NCBI GenBank assembly: GCA_963744145.1
Contig: CAVUSO010000001.1
Location: 6,880,001 to 6,944,000 of the forward strand
Source: an uncultured cyanobacterium
GTDB taxonomy: Bacteria; Cyanobacteriota; Cyanobacteriia; Cyanobacteriales; CAWUOF01
Direction: 5' to 3'
DNA length: 64,000 bases
Shown here: in pieces, positions 51,363-61,549 of the stretch
How positions within the stretch are numbered: the first letter of the stretch is position 1
How the letters are laid out: each line of letters opens with the position of its first letter
Notes under the pieces: generated by a model
Told to the model about the DNA's origin: nothing
What the model saw: only the letters and a program-made list of their open reading frames with translations
The model's database searches: none
Program-made: the position numbers and the translations under genes

Positions 51363-52748
51363 ATGGACGTTAATGAAATCTTAAAACTTACAGATGAGCT
51401 AGTTTTTACCAAGATGGGGAAGCATTTAGATTATCTGCAAAAAGCTATATTAAAAGGAACTTTGCTAAATCAGACCTACTCGAAAATTGCCGAAACTACT
51501 TATACAAGCGAAGGTCATGTTAGGGATGTGGGAGCAGAATTGTGGAAGATACTTTCAGAGGGATTGGGAGAAGAGGTAAGTAAAACAAATCTTAGAACAA
51601 TTTTAGAAAAAATAGAATTCAACAATTTTTCATCAGCTATTATTAGTGGTAATGTAACAGTTAATAACGTTAATTTTTGCGAAGAAAAAGCGCCTAAATT
51701 TCCTGAAAACCACCACCAACCAAAAACTAAACCCCATATAGACTTAGGAGAAGCACCCGAAATAGTTAGTTTTTACGGACGGACTGAGGAACTGACTAGA
51801 TTAGAAAATTGGATACTGGAAGAACACTGTCGCTTTGTGACAATATTGGGAATTAATGGGATCGGAAAAACAGCTCTTTCTATTCGTCTAATCGAGCAAA
51901 TAAAAACTCACTTTGATTACGTTATTTACCGAAGTCTACGTTTTGCACCTACCCTAGATTTAACTCTAAACAACCTGTTGCAAATATTCTCTTATCCATC
52001 TAAAAATTCTGCGCTCAAAAAATCAACTTCTGACCATATTGATATCCTAATTTCTGAACTAATTAAACACTTCCGACAGAATCGCTGCTTGATCGTATTA
52101 GATGATGCTCAAGCACTTTTTAGTAGTAAACAACTAGCCGGACAATACAAGCGTAATTATGAAAATTATTATCTTTTTTTTAACTTAATTATAGCAACTT
52201 CTCATCAAAGTTGTTTGCTATTAAATAGCAGGGAAAAGCCTAGAGAAGTTGTGAAAGTAAAAAAAGAAAACAATCCTTTGCGTTGTTTGGTATTAGCAAG
52301 TTTAGGAATAGCAGCTAAAGAAATTTTACAAGAACAGCAGTTAACCGATGAAACAACCTGGGAAAAATTAATTAATATCTATCAAGGTAATCCTCGATGG
52401 TTAGAGTTTACTACAACTATGATCCAAGAGGTATGTGGTAGTAGTGTTGCTAACTTTTTGCAATACGATATGCCAATTTTAGCTGAACCATTACAAGTAG
52501 ACTTAGATCAACATTTTCAGCGTTTAACTCCGCAAGAACAAGCGATAATGATTCAGCTCACCAAAGAGAGTGAACCGATTACTTTACTGCAATTGATGGA
52601 AAAAATCAATTTATCTTCTTCTGAATCACTGAATGCTATGCAATCTCTAGGACGCCGATTTTTATTAGATGGAATTCAGCAGGAGAATGGATTTTTTTTC
52701 ACTTTGGAGACAGTGATCAAACAGTATGTGAAAAATCGGTATTTGTAA
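51363..52748 (+). CDS. N-terminal wHTH plus NB-ARC/NACHT STAND ATPase lacking C-terminal repeats
   Basis: LDYLQKAIL..TYSKIAE..GAELWKILS (HTH), GINGIGKT, LIVLDD, YQGNP; ends right after the winged helix. Confidence 0.88.
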   Translation: MDVNEILKLTDELVFTKMGKHLDYLQKAILKGTLLNQTYSKIAETTYTSEGHVRDVGAELWKILSEGLGEEVSKTNLRTILEKIEFNNFSSAIISGNVTVNNVNFCEEKAPKFPENHHQPKTKPHIDLGEAPEIVSFYGRTEELTRLENWILEEHCRFVTILGINGIGKTALSIRLIEQIKTHFDYVIYRSLRFAPTLDLTLNNLLQIFSYPSKNSALKKSTSDHIDILISELIKHFRQNRCLIVLDDAQALFSSKQLAGQYKRNYENYYLFFNLIIATSHQSCLLLNSREKPREVVKVKKENNPLRCLVLASLGIAAKEILQEQQLTDETTWEKLINIYQGNPRWLEFTTTMIQEVCGSSVANFLQYDMPILAEPLQVDLDQHFQRLTPQEQAIMIQLTKESEPITLLQLMEKINLSSSESLNAMQSLGRRFLLDGIQQENGFFFTLETVIKQYVKNRYL

Positions 52749-52956
52749 GTAAGTTAAGGAATATATTTCAGTCTGTCAAGAAAATAGCATCAATTTTTAC
52801 TACCAAATTAGGACACAATACGGTTCATTTAAGGATATTTTGAGGGATCTGGGCGTAGAACTGGGTAACCTTTCGAGCGATCAATTGGATATATTCCCAA
52901 AATCGTTAATCATTTTTGAGTTACTCTAAAGATATAGTCGATCAGGTAACCTGGTT

Positions 52957-53205
52957 ATGAGTGTCATCATCTCAGATGAAATCCTGCACGCATCTCAACT
53001 TACAGCAAGCGAGTTTCGTCAAGAAATAGCATTATATCTTTTTCAGACAGGCCGTTTAACATTGGGCTATGCTAGTAGATTGGCAGATTTACCCATAGAT
53101 GCTTTTCGCCAACTTTTGAAGCAGCGAAAGATTGCACTTTATTCCTATGCTGTTGAAGATTTTGAACTGGATGTGAAGAATCTAAGGGAGTTGGGACGAT
53201 TTTGA
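52957..53205 (+). CDS. UPF0175 family antitoxin-like protein
   Basis: EIALYLFQTGRLTLGYASRLA. Confidence 0.88.
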   Translation: MSVIISDEILHASQLTASEFRQEIALYLFQTGRLTLGYASRLADLPIDAFRQLLKQRKIALYSYAVEDFELDVKNLRELGRF

Positions 53206-53360
53206 TTGTCATTAGCGATACCTCAGTCATCACAAATTTGGCGGCAATTGACTATTTAAAACTTCTACCTGTTCTCTATGAACAAATCACGATTCTAAAG
53301 GAATATATTTTAGCTTGGATTAGATTGCTCGCGATCGCTATAGTTACGATGAGAGGGTAA
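53202..53360 (+). pseudogene. DUF3368 PIN-domain toxin, truncated
   Basis: TTG start overlapping the upstream stop; MIVISDTSVITNLAAIDYLKLLPVLYEQITI then loses homology. Confidence 0.8.
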
Positions 53361-53379
53361 AATTAGGGCGGTAATATAT

Positions 53380-53616
53380 ATGTTACAAACAATTGAAGGA
53401 ATCTATAAAAACGGTACAATTGAGTTGACAGAAGTTCCCCAGGGAATTTTTGAAAGCCGGGTGATTGTGACGTTTCTATCGGGACAACCAAAGCTGACCG
53501 CCAGAGCAATAATGCACTTTGGGATGTTTGCTGGAGCTAACCAATCGACAACGGAGGAGGATTTTCAATTGGCAGAGTTTCAAGGAGATGCAGCAGATGG
53601 TTTGGATTGGTCATAG
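53380..53616 (+). CDS. Small antitoxin-like protein (AF2212/DUF104-like)
   Basis: MLQTIEGIYKNGTIEL.E.P...VIVTFL. Confidence 0.75.
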   Translation: MLQTIEGIYKNGTIELTEVPQGIFESRVIVTFLSGQPKLTARAIMHFGMFAGANQSTTEEDFQLAEFQGDAADGLDWS

Positions 53617-53622
53617 GTGGTT

Positions 53623-53706
53623 ATGAGATTTGTCGTCGATACTCATGCTCTAATCTGGTTTCTAGAGGGAAATTCTCGGTTAGGTCAAACAGCAGCTCTT
53701 CCCTGA
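53623..53706 (+). pseudogene. VapC PIN toxin N-terminal stub
   Basis: Translates as MRFVVDTHALIWFLEGNSRLGQTAALP*. Confidence 0.82.
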
Positions 53707-53783
53707 TTCAACAACAGCCGTGCTTGTGCTGGATGAACAGGATTAATTGGGCGCTTGTTGGTATCGATTACAAAAACTTGCAT
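53685..53783 (-). pseudogene. iscB: IscB/RRXRR (PLMP domain) N-terminal stub
   Basis: Translates as MQVFVIDTNKRPINPVHPAQARLLLNQGRAAV*; stops just before the RRxP motif. Confidence 0.85.
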
Positions 53784-53799
53784 TAGACATAATTGAAAC

Positions 53800-54032
53800 T
53801 CTGATTTCTCAGGTAATTTTTTCCTCGTCAATGTTACTTAGGCTTGTTTGGCTCAACTCACTTCCTTAGCTAAATAGGGATGTTTAAAGTTGAACGGCAG
53901 AGCTACAAGCTGGAAAGCACTTGTAGGTGCCATGACCCAAGTAACGTAGTCCAATTAAGAACTGAGACTGGCCATCTCTACACTTTATGTACTGGTTGTC
54001 CAGATCTGAAAGCGTGTTTAGCGGATAGCTAG
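53800..54032 (-). ncRNA. Omega RNA / HEARO RNA scaffold of an IS200/IS605 IscB element (ends approximate)
   Basis: Minus strand agctatccgctaa...ccagtctcag...ctacgtt...gtcatggcacctacaagtgctttccagcttgtagctctgccg...ttaaaca...aacattgacgagg...ttacc, directly upstream of the iscB stub. Confidence 0.82.
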
Positions 54033-54051
54033 GCAAGAAATAATTTATTTT

Positions 54052-54357
54052 TTATTTACCTCCATAATAAAAAGCAATTTCTTTATCTTTAAGAGGAGCA
54101 AAGTCAGCATCTTTGAGCTTTTGATTAAGTTGTTCTAAGGGAAGATGTTTAGCACCAATCCGGACAATGCGCGATCGCATGGTATTTGAGACCCCACTGC
54201 GTTGCCGTCCCGCTTCGATGGCCATTACTTCATGATATAATTCTAATTTAGCCTGGGGGATGGGGGTGCCATCAAAGTCAATTCCTTGGGCGATCGCTTC
54301 ATCGATCGCATCAGCACCTGTAGTGCTTTGTGTAACTGAGCTAGGTTCAATAGTCAT
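54052..54357 (-). CDS. DUF4090 family protein
   Basis: TTGADAIDEAIAQGIDFDG, RQRSGVSNTMRSRIVRIGAKH. Confidence 0.88.
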   Translation of the reverse strand: MTIEPSSVTQSTTGADAIDEAIAQGIDFDGTPIPQAKLELYHEVMAIEAGRQRSGVSNTMRSRIVRIGAKHLPLEQLNQKLKDADFAPLKDKEIAFYYGGK

Positions 54358-54414
54358 AGGAAATTCAAAAAAGTTTATTACCGAATTTTACCAGTAGATA
54401 GGAAAAGAACATTT

Positions 54415-55422
54415 TTATTCTTCCATCCGAATCATCTCACCAATTTGGGCAGAGCGACGGGCAGCATCAGCAATTTTGAGAGTATATAAGCTCTCCCCAG
54501 GTGTAATATATAAAGGTGTACCTGCGGTTAAATAATCTAAAATCATTTTTGTTTCTTTAGCAAACAGACCTTGACGACTAGCAACTGCGATCGATCGCTC
54601 CTGTTCTTCCCTAATTAATTTACCAGTTTCAGGAGTAAAAATCAGATTACCCCCATCTCCATAGACGATAAAAGTTTGTTCTTTTTGCCAAAAAGTTTCC
54701 CCTTTACCATAAACAACTTCTCCGATCACACCATTAGTAAAGCCTAATTGAGCATGGCACCAACAGGCTCGATAAAAATCTGTTTCTGGAACATCCCAAT
54801 ATCTTTCAACACAATTCACACTTGTGACTTGACCAAATAAATCGATCAAACGGTGGAGACGGGAAAGGGCACCAATTAAAGGAAAACCAAATAATTCTCG
54901 TTGATAAGACCATTTCTGGGGTGCTGGTCGTTGAGGACTGATGGTCACATAACGGGCAAAGAACGCTGATCCAATTGTGGGTAAGGATTGTTTGAGTGCT
55001 TGATGTAAACCACCGAGGAGTTCAATATGGGCAACATGAAGTAATAGTTGACTTTGAGTCGCTAAAGTAATCAGCTCTTGGGCTTCAACTACATCTAAAG
55101 CAAGAGGATATTCAACTACAATATGCTTACCCGCTGCCAGAGCGGCTCGGGCGATCGCTCCGTGTTCGTAACTAGCACTACAAATTATGATCAAATCCAG
55201 ATCAGTCCTAGTCACCAAATCGAGCCAGGGATGATCCATTTCAAGCTGATAGGTTTGAGCAAAAACTTGCGTGTGGGCTAGATCATGACCAGCAACAGCT
55301 AGTAAAAGCGATCGGGGGTCAGCTTGTAAAGCTTGGGCTCGATGTTGCGCTACATAACCAGTTCCTACCAACCCAACCCTAATTGGCACATTAACACCCC
55401 GAACAAAAAAATTATTGATCAT
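54415..55422 (-). CDS. bvdR: Gfo/Idh/MocA oxidoreductase, probable biliverdin reductase
   Basis: VGTGYVA, KHIVVEYPLA, HIELLGGLHQ, GALSRLHR. Confidence 0.8.
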   Translation of the reverse strand: MINNFFVRGVNVPIRVGLVGTGYVAQHRAQALQADPRSLLLAVAGHDLAHTQVFAQTYQLEMDHPWLDLVTRTDLDLIIICSASYEHGAIARAALAAGKHIVVEYPLALDVVEAQELITLATQSQLLLHVAHIELLGGLHQALKQSLPTIGSAFFARYVTISPQRPAPQKWSYQRELFGFPLIGALSRLHRLIDLFGQVTSVNCVERYWDVPETDFYRACWCHAQLGFTNGVIGEVVYGKGETFWQKEQTFIVYGDGGNLIFTPETGKLIREEQERSIAVASRQGLFAKETKMILDYLTAGTPLYITPGESLYTLKIADAARRSAQIGEMIRMEE

Positions 55423-55596
55423 GTCATCAGCTCAATTTATTGATTTTTCAGCCTATTTATTGGCAGATCTAGTGACCCTAACTTGATCGACATCCGCTTA
55501 TGTATAAGTAATTGGGATATAATTAGACATTTTTATAACTAATACGATTCAAAATATCTATTGATCAGACGTTGCAAGACTTTACTTTTCCCGTAG

Positions 55597-56001
<405 letters not shown>

Positions 56002-56185
56002 GATTTGTAACCAGTGACAGTTGGTGAAAAACCCGATAACTGGCAATATCGGCTATTGCTCTTGCATCCCTTCAAGCAAATCTCCAAAGTAGCCACCGAC
56101 TCAATTGAGCAAGTGGGTAGCGGGTTGCTGACTAACCCTTTAAGAAAAAAGCTTTGGACGGATTTATCCTCAAAAGCTTTTCCTT

Positions 56186-56221
56186 AAGAATCCCCGCGTC
56201 TTTTAGACTAGGGAGTGTCAA
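56186..56221 (+). mobile_element. IS200/IS605 (TnpB-type) right-end remnant
   Basis: aagaatccccgcgtcttttagactagggagtgtcaa: AAGAATCCCC-hairpin-GTCAA architecture. Confidence 0.65.
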
Positions 56222-56251
56222 CTCATGTTAACATTTAGAGAGGATAACTAA

Positions 56252-56551
<300 letters not shown>

Positions 56552-56620
56552 GGTCTGAATTGAATCAGTCAGGAGATAAATTTTATGACCATTCTCCTGA
56601 CTTTTTCCCAGCAAGTTAGA

Positions 56621-58327
56621 TTAATGAGTTGGAGATGTGGGAGGACGCCAAAATACGATGGAGTTATTTAAAGATTGAACTTGAGTACCGGGATAATAAA
56701 AACTGAGAATCCGACTACTTGACCAACCCAGGTCAGCTAATTTGTAAGAACCGATCTGACTTAATCCTATTCCATGTCCATATCCACCACCGACAAAGGT
56801 ATAGCCCTTGAGAGTTTTCTGATCTTCGTAAATCGGCTCTAAGTAAAAAAGGGTGCTAATTGGTGGCTCAAAAGCATTACGAATATCATCTTTATTAATT
56901 TCAATTGGACCTCGATCGGTTTGCACAACCACTTGCAAAACTCGTCCTGATTTACTGCGTTGTCGGATTTGGATCTCTTGGATCGATTGAAAATTAGCTA
57001 GAGGACTTTGCCTTTTTTGCAGAAATCGTTTGAGAAATTCTGTGATTGCTGGTAGAGTTGCACTCTCTTGCCAGCGAAAAAGATCTGAGTCTGACTCATT
57101 AAATCCCTTTTTTAAACTCATGAAACGACGAAAGGTTTTTTCATCAGCCAAATTTTCTTGTGATAAATCCCAGACCTGGTCTACCGCGTCCAATCTTGAG
57201 GATAGATAAGGACGTTCTGGTCCATTCCAAATATCGTTAAAACTAGCCGTGATGCCCCCAGTTGCAGCAGAATAAAGAGCATCAACTAATTCGTTTTGAT
57301 AGGTGAGTACCTGTTTATTAGTAGCCGCGATCGCCTGATCTGCTAGCTCCGATGTGCCATTAAGTCCTTCATATACCTGGCAATCGGTACTAGCACACAT
57401 TTCATAGTCATCAATGAGAAACCTGCGTAAGTTACGCAACGCATAAGTACGAGCAAGAATTGTTTGAGCTTCGATCGCTGCATAAGGAGCAGCACCAATT
57501 TCATGGGGTACTACTCCCCGCAAATAGGTTTCGACGGGGACTTGGTTAACTAAAGTATAGGTGCCGTAAGCATTAGGCTGTAATTGGAAAAAACCACCAT
57601 AAATACCATTTGCCTGACTATCTTGATTAGGATTATGGCTAATTTGCATGATCCCTTGACCAGAGGTGATTTTTAATTGGTTGCGATTGTACCGAAAACC
57701 ATTAATTACCCAATTGGCTTGTGGTTTTTGCTGCCAGATTTTACTATCTAAATAAGCAGTGGTATTGCCATTAGTCCGCAAACTATCCAACAACATTCGT
57801 CTCAGCAAGGGTGTTCGATAAATATCACGTTTAGCCCAAATTTGCCAGCGATCGGGCTGGGCGATTTCCACTTCTATTCCTTTACTGCGCCATTGTTGGG
57901 TATTATTTTCTGCACCTTCAAAGCTGCGATAGGTACCAAGCACTACTCTTTCTTCCAGCCTTGGAGGATCTAATGGTTTCATCGCTATTTCTAACTTAAC
58001 ACTATCAGTGCTAAGGTTTTGAGGCTGAAAATTACCACTCAAAAATTGTAAGGTTAGGCGATCGCCCGGGAGCGCTTTAAAAATTATTTGGTCTGTTGGT
58101 TTCTCTCCAAATCGCTGTACTACCCCGACTTTAATTTCTAAATCCGCCGCATTTTGAGCCGATGTTTCGACTTCGCTCAACACAAGTGTTTCGACTTCGC
58201 TCAACACAAGTCCTGCTTTAGTTGTCAGTGCCAAAATCCAGGTTAGACCTAGTAAACTCCCCCAGATCACTCTGCTAATGCTAGGGTTGGGAGTAATTTG
58301 CTCAGTCTGTTTAATTTTAATTTGCAT
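56621..58327 (-). CDS. SpoIID/LytB domain protein
   Basis: ETYLRGVVPHE, AQTILARTYA, CQVY.G, GGGYGHGIGLSQ. Confidence 0.92.
   Translation of the reverse strand: MQIKIKQTEQITPNPSISRVIWGSLLGLTWILALTTKAGLVLSEVETLVLSEVETSAQNAADLEIKVGVVQRFGEKPTDQIIFKALPGDRLTLQFLSGNFQPQNLSTDSVKLEIAMKPLDPPRLEERVVLGTYRSFEGAENNTQQWRSKGIEVEIAQPDRWQIWAKRDIYRTPLLRRMLLDSLRTNGNTTAYLDSKIWQQKPQANWVINGFRYNRNQLKITSGQGIMQISHNPNQDSQANGIYGGFFQLQPNAYGTYTLVNQVPVETYLRGVVPHEIGAAPYAAIEAQTILARTYALRNLRRFLIDDYEMCASTDCQVYEGLNGTSELADQAIAATNKQVLTYQNELVDALYSAATGGITASFNDIWNGPERPYLSSRLDAVDQVWDLSQENLADEKTFRRFMSLKKGFNESDSDLFRWQESATLPAITEFLKRFLQKRQSPLANFQSIQEIQIRQRSKSGRVLQVVVQTDRGPIEINKDDIRNAFEPPISTLFYLEPIYEDQKTLKGYTFVGGGYGHGIGLSQIGSYKLADLGWSSSRILSFYYPGTQVQSLNNSIVFWRPPTSPTH
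58163..58210. repeat. 24-bp tandem duplication (ttcgacttcgctca-type repeat) in frame in spoIID/lytB
   Basis: tgtttcgacttcgctcaacacaag x2, encoding LVLSEVET x2. Confidence 0.9.
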
Positions 58328-58369
58328 ACTTTTCTACAATTTAGCTGGAGCAAGTTTACCGAAAAATAT

Positions 58370-58648
58370 ATGGCCAACCAAACTCCTCGCGATCGCTATC
58401 AAGCTACTCCCACCCCTAAAAAATCTCAATATGCCCGCTTAAAAGCCGAAGCTAAAGCACCCTATCGCGGTTTACGAAAATTTATTTATGTCGCTTTTGC
58501 TGCTTCTGGTGGAATTGGTGCCCTGGTTTTTGTCACTCAATTAATTGCTGGTCGCGAAGTTGATTCTGCCTTACCTAATTTTGCACTCCAACTGGGATTA
58601 GTTGTCTTGATGATTTGGTTATTTCGTGTAGATCAATCCCAGTCTTAA
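58370..58648 (+). CDS. DUF3493 (LPA1-like) membrane protein
   Basis: RLKAEAKAPYRGLRKFIY.AFAASG. Confidence 0.85.
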   Translation: MANQTPRDRYQATPTPKKSQYARLKAEAKAPYRGLRKFIYVAFAASGGIGALVFVTQLIAGREVDSALPNFALQLGLVVLMIWLFRVDQSQS

Positions 58649-58725
58649 AGCGACAGAAGCTTGGCCAAAAAAACTGGCCAAGCCTGGTTTGGTTTATAAT
58701 CAACTGGAGCAATCGCGAAAACTAA

Positions 58726-60360
58726 TTAGGGACTTGTCACCAAATAGGGGGAAGAAATGGCACTTGCTTTACCAGCATTAACTAAAGCTTGATAGACAAA
58801 GGCGGCCACATCAGCTCGAGTTGCTTGTTGACTAGGATTTAATTGATTAACTTGGGGATAATTAATCACCAATTGTGAGGTGACCGCACCAGCGATCGCG
58901 GTAGTTGCCCAACTCGGAATTTGATTAGCATCAGTAAATACTGATAGCACCCCTGTATTATTAGAGCGCAGATTTAATCCACTTACCAACGCCACTAGTA
59001 CCTGTACCCTGGGAATCGCTTGATTGGGTAAAAACGTCCCATCCGTATAGCCGGATAGGAAACCACCCTGACAAGTATCTTTAATTGCTTGATAACCCCA
59101 AAAACTACTGCTGACATCGGGAAAATCACTGCAAGATTTCTGGGATGTGGGAACAAAAGCTTTATCAATAATCGCTGCAATTTGGGCTCTGGTGACTGGA
59201 TCATTGGGACGATAGGTGCCATCTGGGAATCCAGCAATAATCCCTTTTCCCGATAGCGCTCGGATATAAGCTTCAGCCCAGTTCCCAGTAATATCAGTTA
59301 AACTACCTGATGGTACTTGAGCCGCTACAAAGTTCACCCGACCCGATATGCGACTTTGGTTAATATCATTGCCAACGGCTGAAATAGTTATATTCGAGGT
59401 GGCATTATAAACATCATAATTGCCATTATTGCGAATCAGATTTTGACCTGGAGAAGTGCCATTTCCTAAATCAGGTTGAGCATTACTAATCGCAATCACC
59501 CCGTACTGAGTATTTCCTTGAATGACATTATTCCGCAATACTGGTTGGGCTGAATTAGAAACGACTATTCCATCTACGTTTTGAGTGATTTGGTTATTGC
59601 TAATTAAGGTTGAACTATTGTCACCCACCGCAATCCCATATCCAGTGTTTTGAAATACATTATTCTGAATTGTTCCCGCCGAGGATCTGGTTAAAGAAAT
59701 ACCATTACCACTATTTTTGGTGAAAATATTATTGGTGATGAGCGGAGCCCCTGTACCAGTCACAAAAATCCCTTCTCTGGCACTGTTAGAAAAGGTATTA
59801 TTCGCGATCGTTGGGGTAGTTGATTCCACCCACAGTCCTGTCCCACGAGTGTTGGGATTAGAAATGGTTAGTCCTCTCACTTCACTGCTAGAATTGGCTA
59901 CAATTGTGACACTTTGACTCGCAAAGCTAGGGCTAATATAAGTACCCCCACCAGTCACAATTGTGGTTTGACCTTTCGTGGATTCATCACCTTTTAAAAT
60001 TACTCCGGATGGGACTGTTAAAGGAAAGGTCTCCTGGGTGTATTGACCAGGAGCTACCTGCACCACTGCACCAGGTTGGGCTTGACTAAGCGCGTTGGTT
60101 ATAGTTTGATAAGGGCTGGTTTGACTACCGTTTCCAGAACTATCGCTGCCATTGCTCGAGTTTACATATATAATCGTACCGGTTTGAGCTATTTTTACTG
60201 TGGGTAAAGTCGGATTTGCTTGCACTGGGGGTAGAATTACTCCATTAGTGCAACCTAAGATTATACTCAGACTCGCTCCAAAAAATAGGAGATTTTTGTT
60301 ACTCCGACGGCTCGAACTAGTCTGAGATAGTTTGTTGGTAAAATCCTGGTTAATCATCAT
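58726..60360 (-). CDS. DUF1565 beta-helix protein with three SLH domains
   Basis: IYVN..GSD, RGTGLWVE; GFPDGTYRPN.PVTRA SLH motifs. Confidence 0.92.
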   Translation of the reverse strand: MMINQDFTNKLSQTSSSRRSNKNLLFFGASLSIILGCTNGVILPPVQANPTLPTVKIAQTGTIIYVNSSNGSDSSGNGSQTSPYQTITNALSQAQPGAVVQVAPGQYTQETFPLTVPSGVILKGDESTKGQTTIVTGGGTYISPSFASQSVTIVANSSSEVRGLTISNPNTRGTGLWVESTTPTIANNTFSNSAREGIFVTGTGAPLITNNIFTKNSGNGISLTRSSAGTIQNNVFQNTGYGIAVGDNSSTLISNNQITQNVDGIVVSNSAQPVLRNNVIQGNTQYGVIAISNAQPDLGNGTSPGQNLIRNNGNYDVYNATSNITISAVGNDINQSRISGRVNFVAAQVPSGSLTDITGNWAEAYIRALSGKGIIAGFPDGTYRPNDPVTRAQIAAIIDKAFVPTSQKSCSDFPDVSSSFWGYQAIKDTCQGGFLSGYTDGTFLPNQAIPRVQVLVALVSGLNLRSNNTGVLSVFTDANQIPSWATTAIAGAVTSQLVINYPQVNQLNPSQQATRADVAAFVYQALVNAGKASAISSPYLVTSP

Positions 60361-60486
60361 GGTAGTTTTCCTCCTGGTTTGGTTCTGGGTCAGGTGAGGA
60401 TTGTTCTTGGTCAGAAATATTTCACCAATAAAAATCCTTTTCTAGAAAATATAGCCGATTAACAAAGTATTAAAGTTTGCACAACT

Positions 60487-60589
60487 TAGGGATAGAAATT
60501 CAATAATTTGCTTGCTTGTAGTAAGTGATGAGAACGCTCAATCGCTTACTACGAACAAAATCATCAAGTTATTTATTTTTCATTCCTTA
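60487..60589 (-). mobile_element. MITE family B copy
   Basis: Reverse complement aligns with 42463-42566. Confidence 0.75.
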
Positions 60590-60805
60590 GATATTTTTAT
60601 CAAAAATCCTTGCCAATTAGTGAAGTTAAATTTCTCCACTATCTCTGATTTTCTGATCCAGACTCAGCAATTTCATGCAAGTTTATTCCTGGTTAGTGTT
60701 TTCCATTCATTGGAATGATATAATACTTTAGTCGCTCGCGATCGCAACTAAAATCACATTTTCATCCTTTCTGCTCGAAATCACCCACCCGGAAATTTTT
60801 CCCAG

Positions 60806-61477
60806 TTATGAACTTAGGCTCAGAATCGCATTTTTAGCTTCTTGGGCTACTGGCTCGCTTTCGTCTTGGGTGAGTAGCTCTAAAGTATGACGAGCTACAT
60901 CACCTCCCAAATGTGTTAGTGCTTGGACTAATCTGTAGCGAATTTGCCAATCCGCATGATCAGCATAGGGAATTAACAGGGCAACCGCAGCCACATTACC
61001 CAATTCACCAAAGGCACCAATGGCAATAGTTTGGATTAGATCATTAGAAGATGCTAAAGCATTTTCTAAAATGGTAAAAGCTCGAGGTTCACCCATTTCA
61101 CCTAAAGCAGCAATAATACTCATCTTAATTAGCCATTCTGAGGTGCTGTAGTAGAGTTTCTCTAGGTCATCGAAAGCTTGGGTGAGTTTCAATGCACCTA
61201 AAGAGTCAGCCGCAGCCGCAACTACATCAGTTTCTGGATCGTGATACAAGCGATCGCGCAGTAAGCTCAGAGCTGTATCTAAATTTTGATGACCGAGGGT
61301 AGCTAGCTGACTCACTGCGACATAGCGGATACGGGCATTTTGATCCTCAAGGGCAATTTGGGCTAGTTCAAAAGCACTAGCTGGTTCTAATTGGCGTAAT
61401 TGGTTGACAGCTCGGAAGCGATCGCCTAAATCCTCCGAACCGAGTAATTTTCTGATTGAATCAGGAGTTATGCTCAT
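60806..61477 (-). CDS. nblB: HEAT-repeat phycobilisome degradation protein
   Basis: MSITPDSI..LL.SED.GDR.RAVNQLR; HEAT repeats; located next to a CBS gene. Confidence 0.85.
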   Translation of the reverse strand: MSITPDSIRKLLGSEDLGDRFRAVNQLRQLEPASAFELAQIALEDQNARIRYVAVSQLATLGHQNLDTALSLLRDRLYHDPETDVVAAAADSLGALKLTQAFDDLEKLYYSTSEWLIKMSIIAALGEMGEPRAFTILENALASSNDLIQTIAIGAFGELGNVAAVALLIPYADHADWQIRYRLVQALTHLGGDVARHTLELLTQDESEPVAQEAKNAILSLSS

Positions 61478-61549
61478 GCTGCGATCCCGATGGTATAATA
61501 ATGCTTATTGAATCACAAGTTGATCCTGCTGTCCTGATTTTTTTGATGA

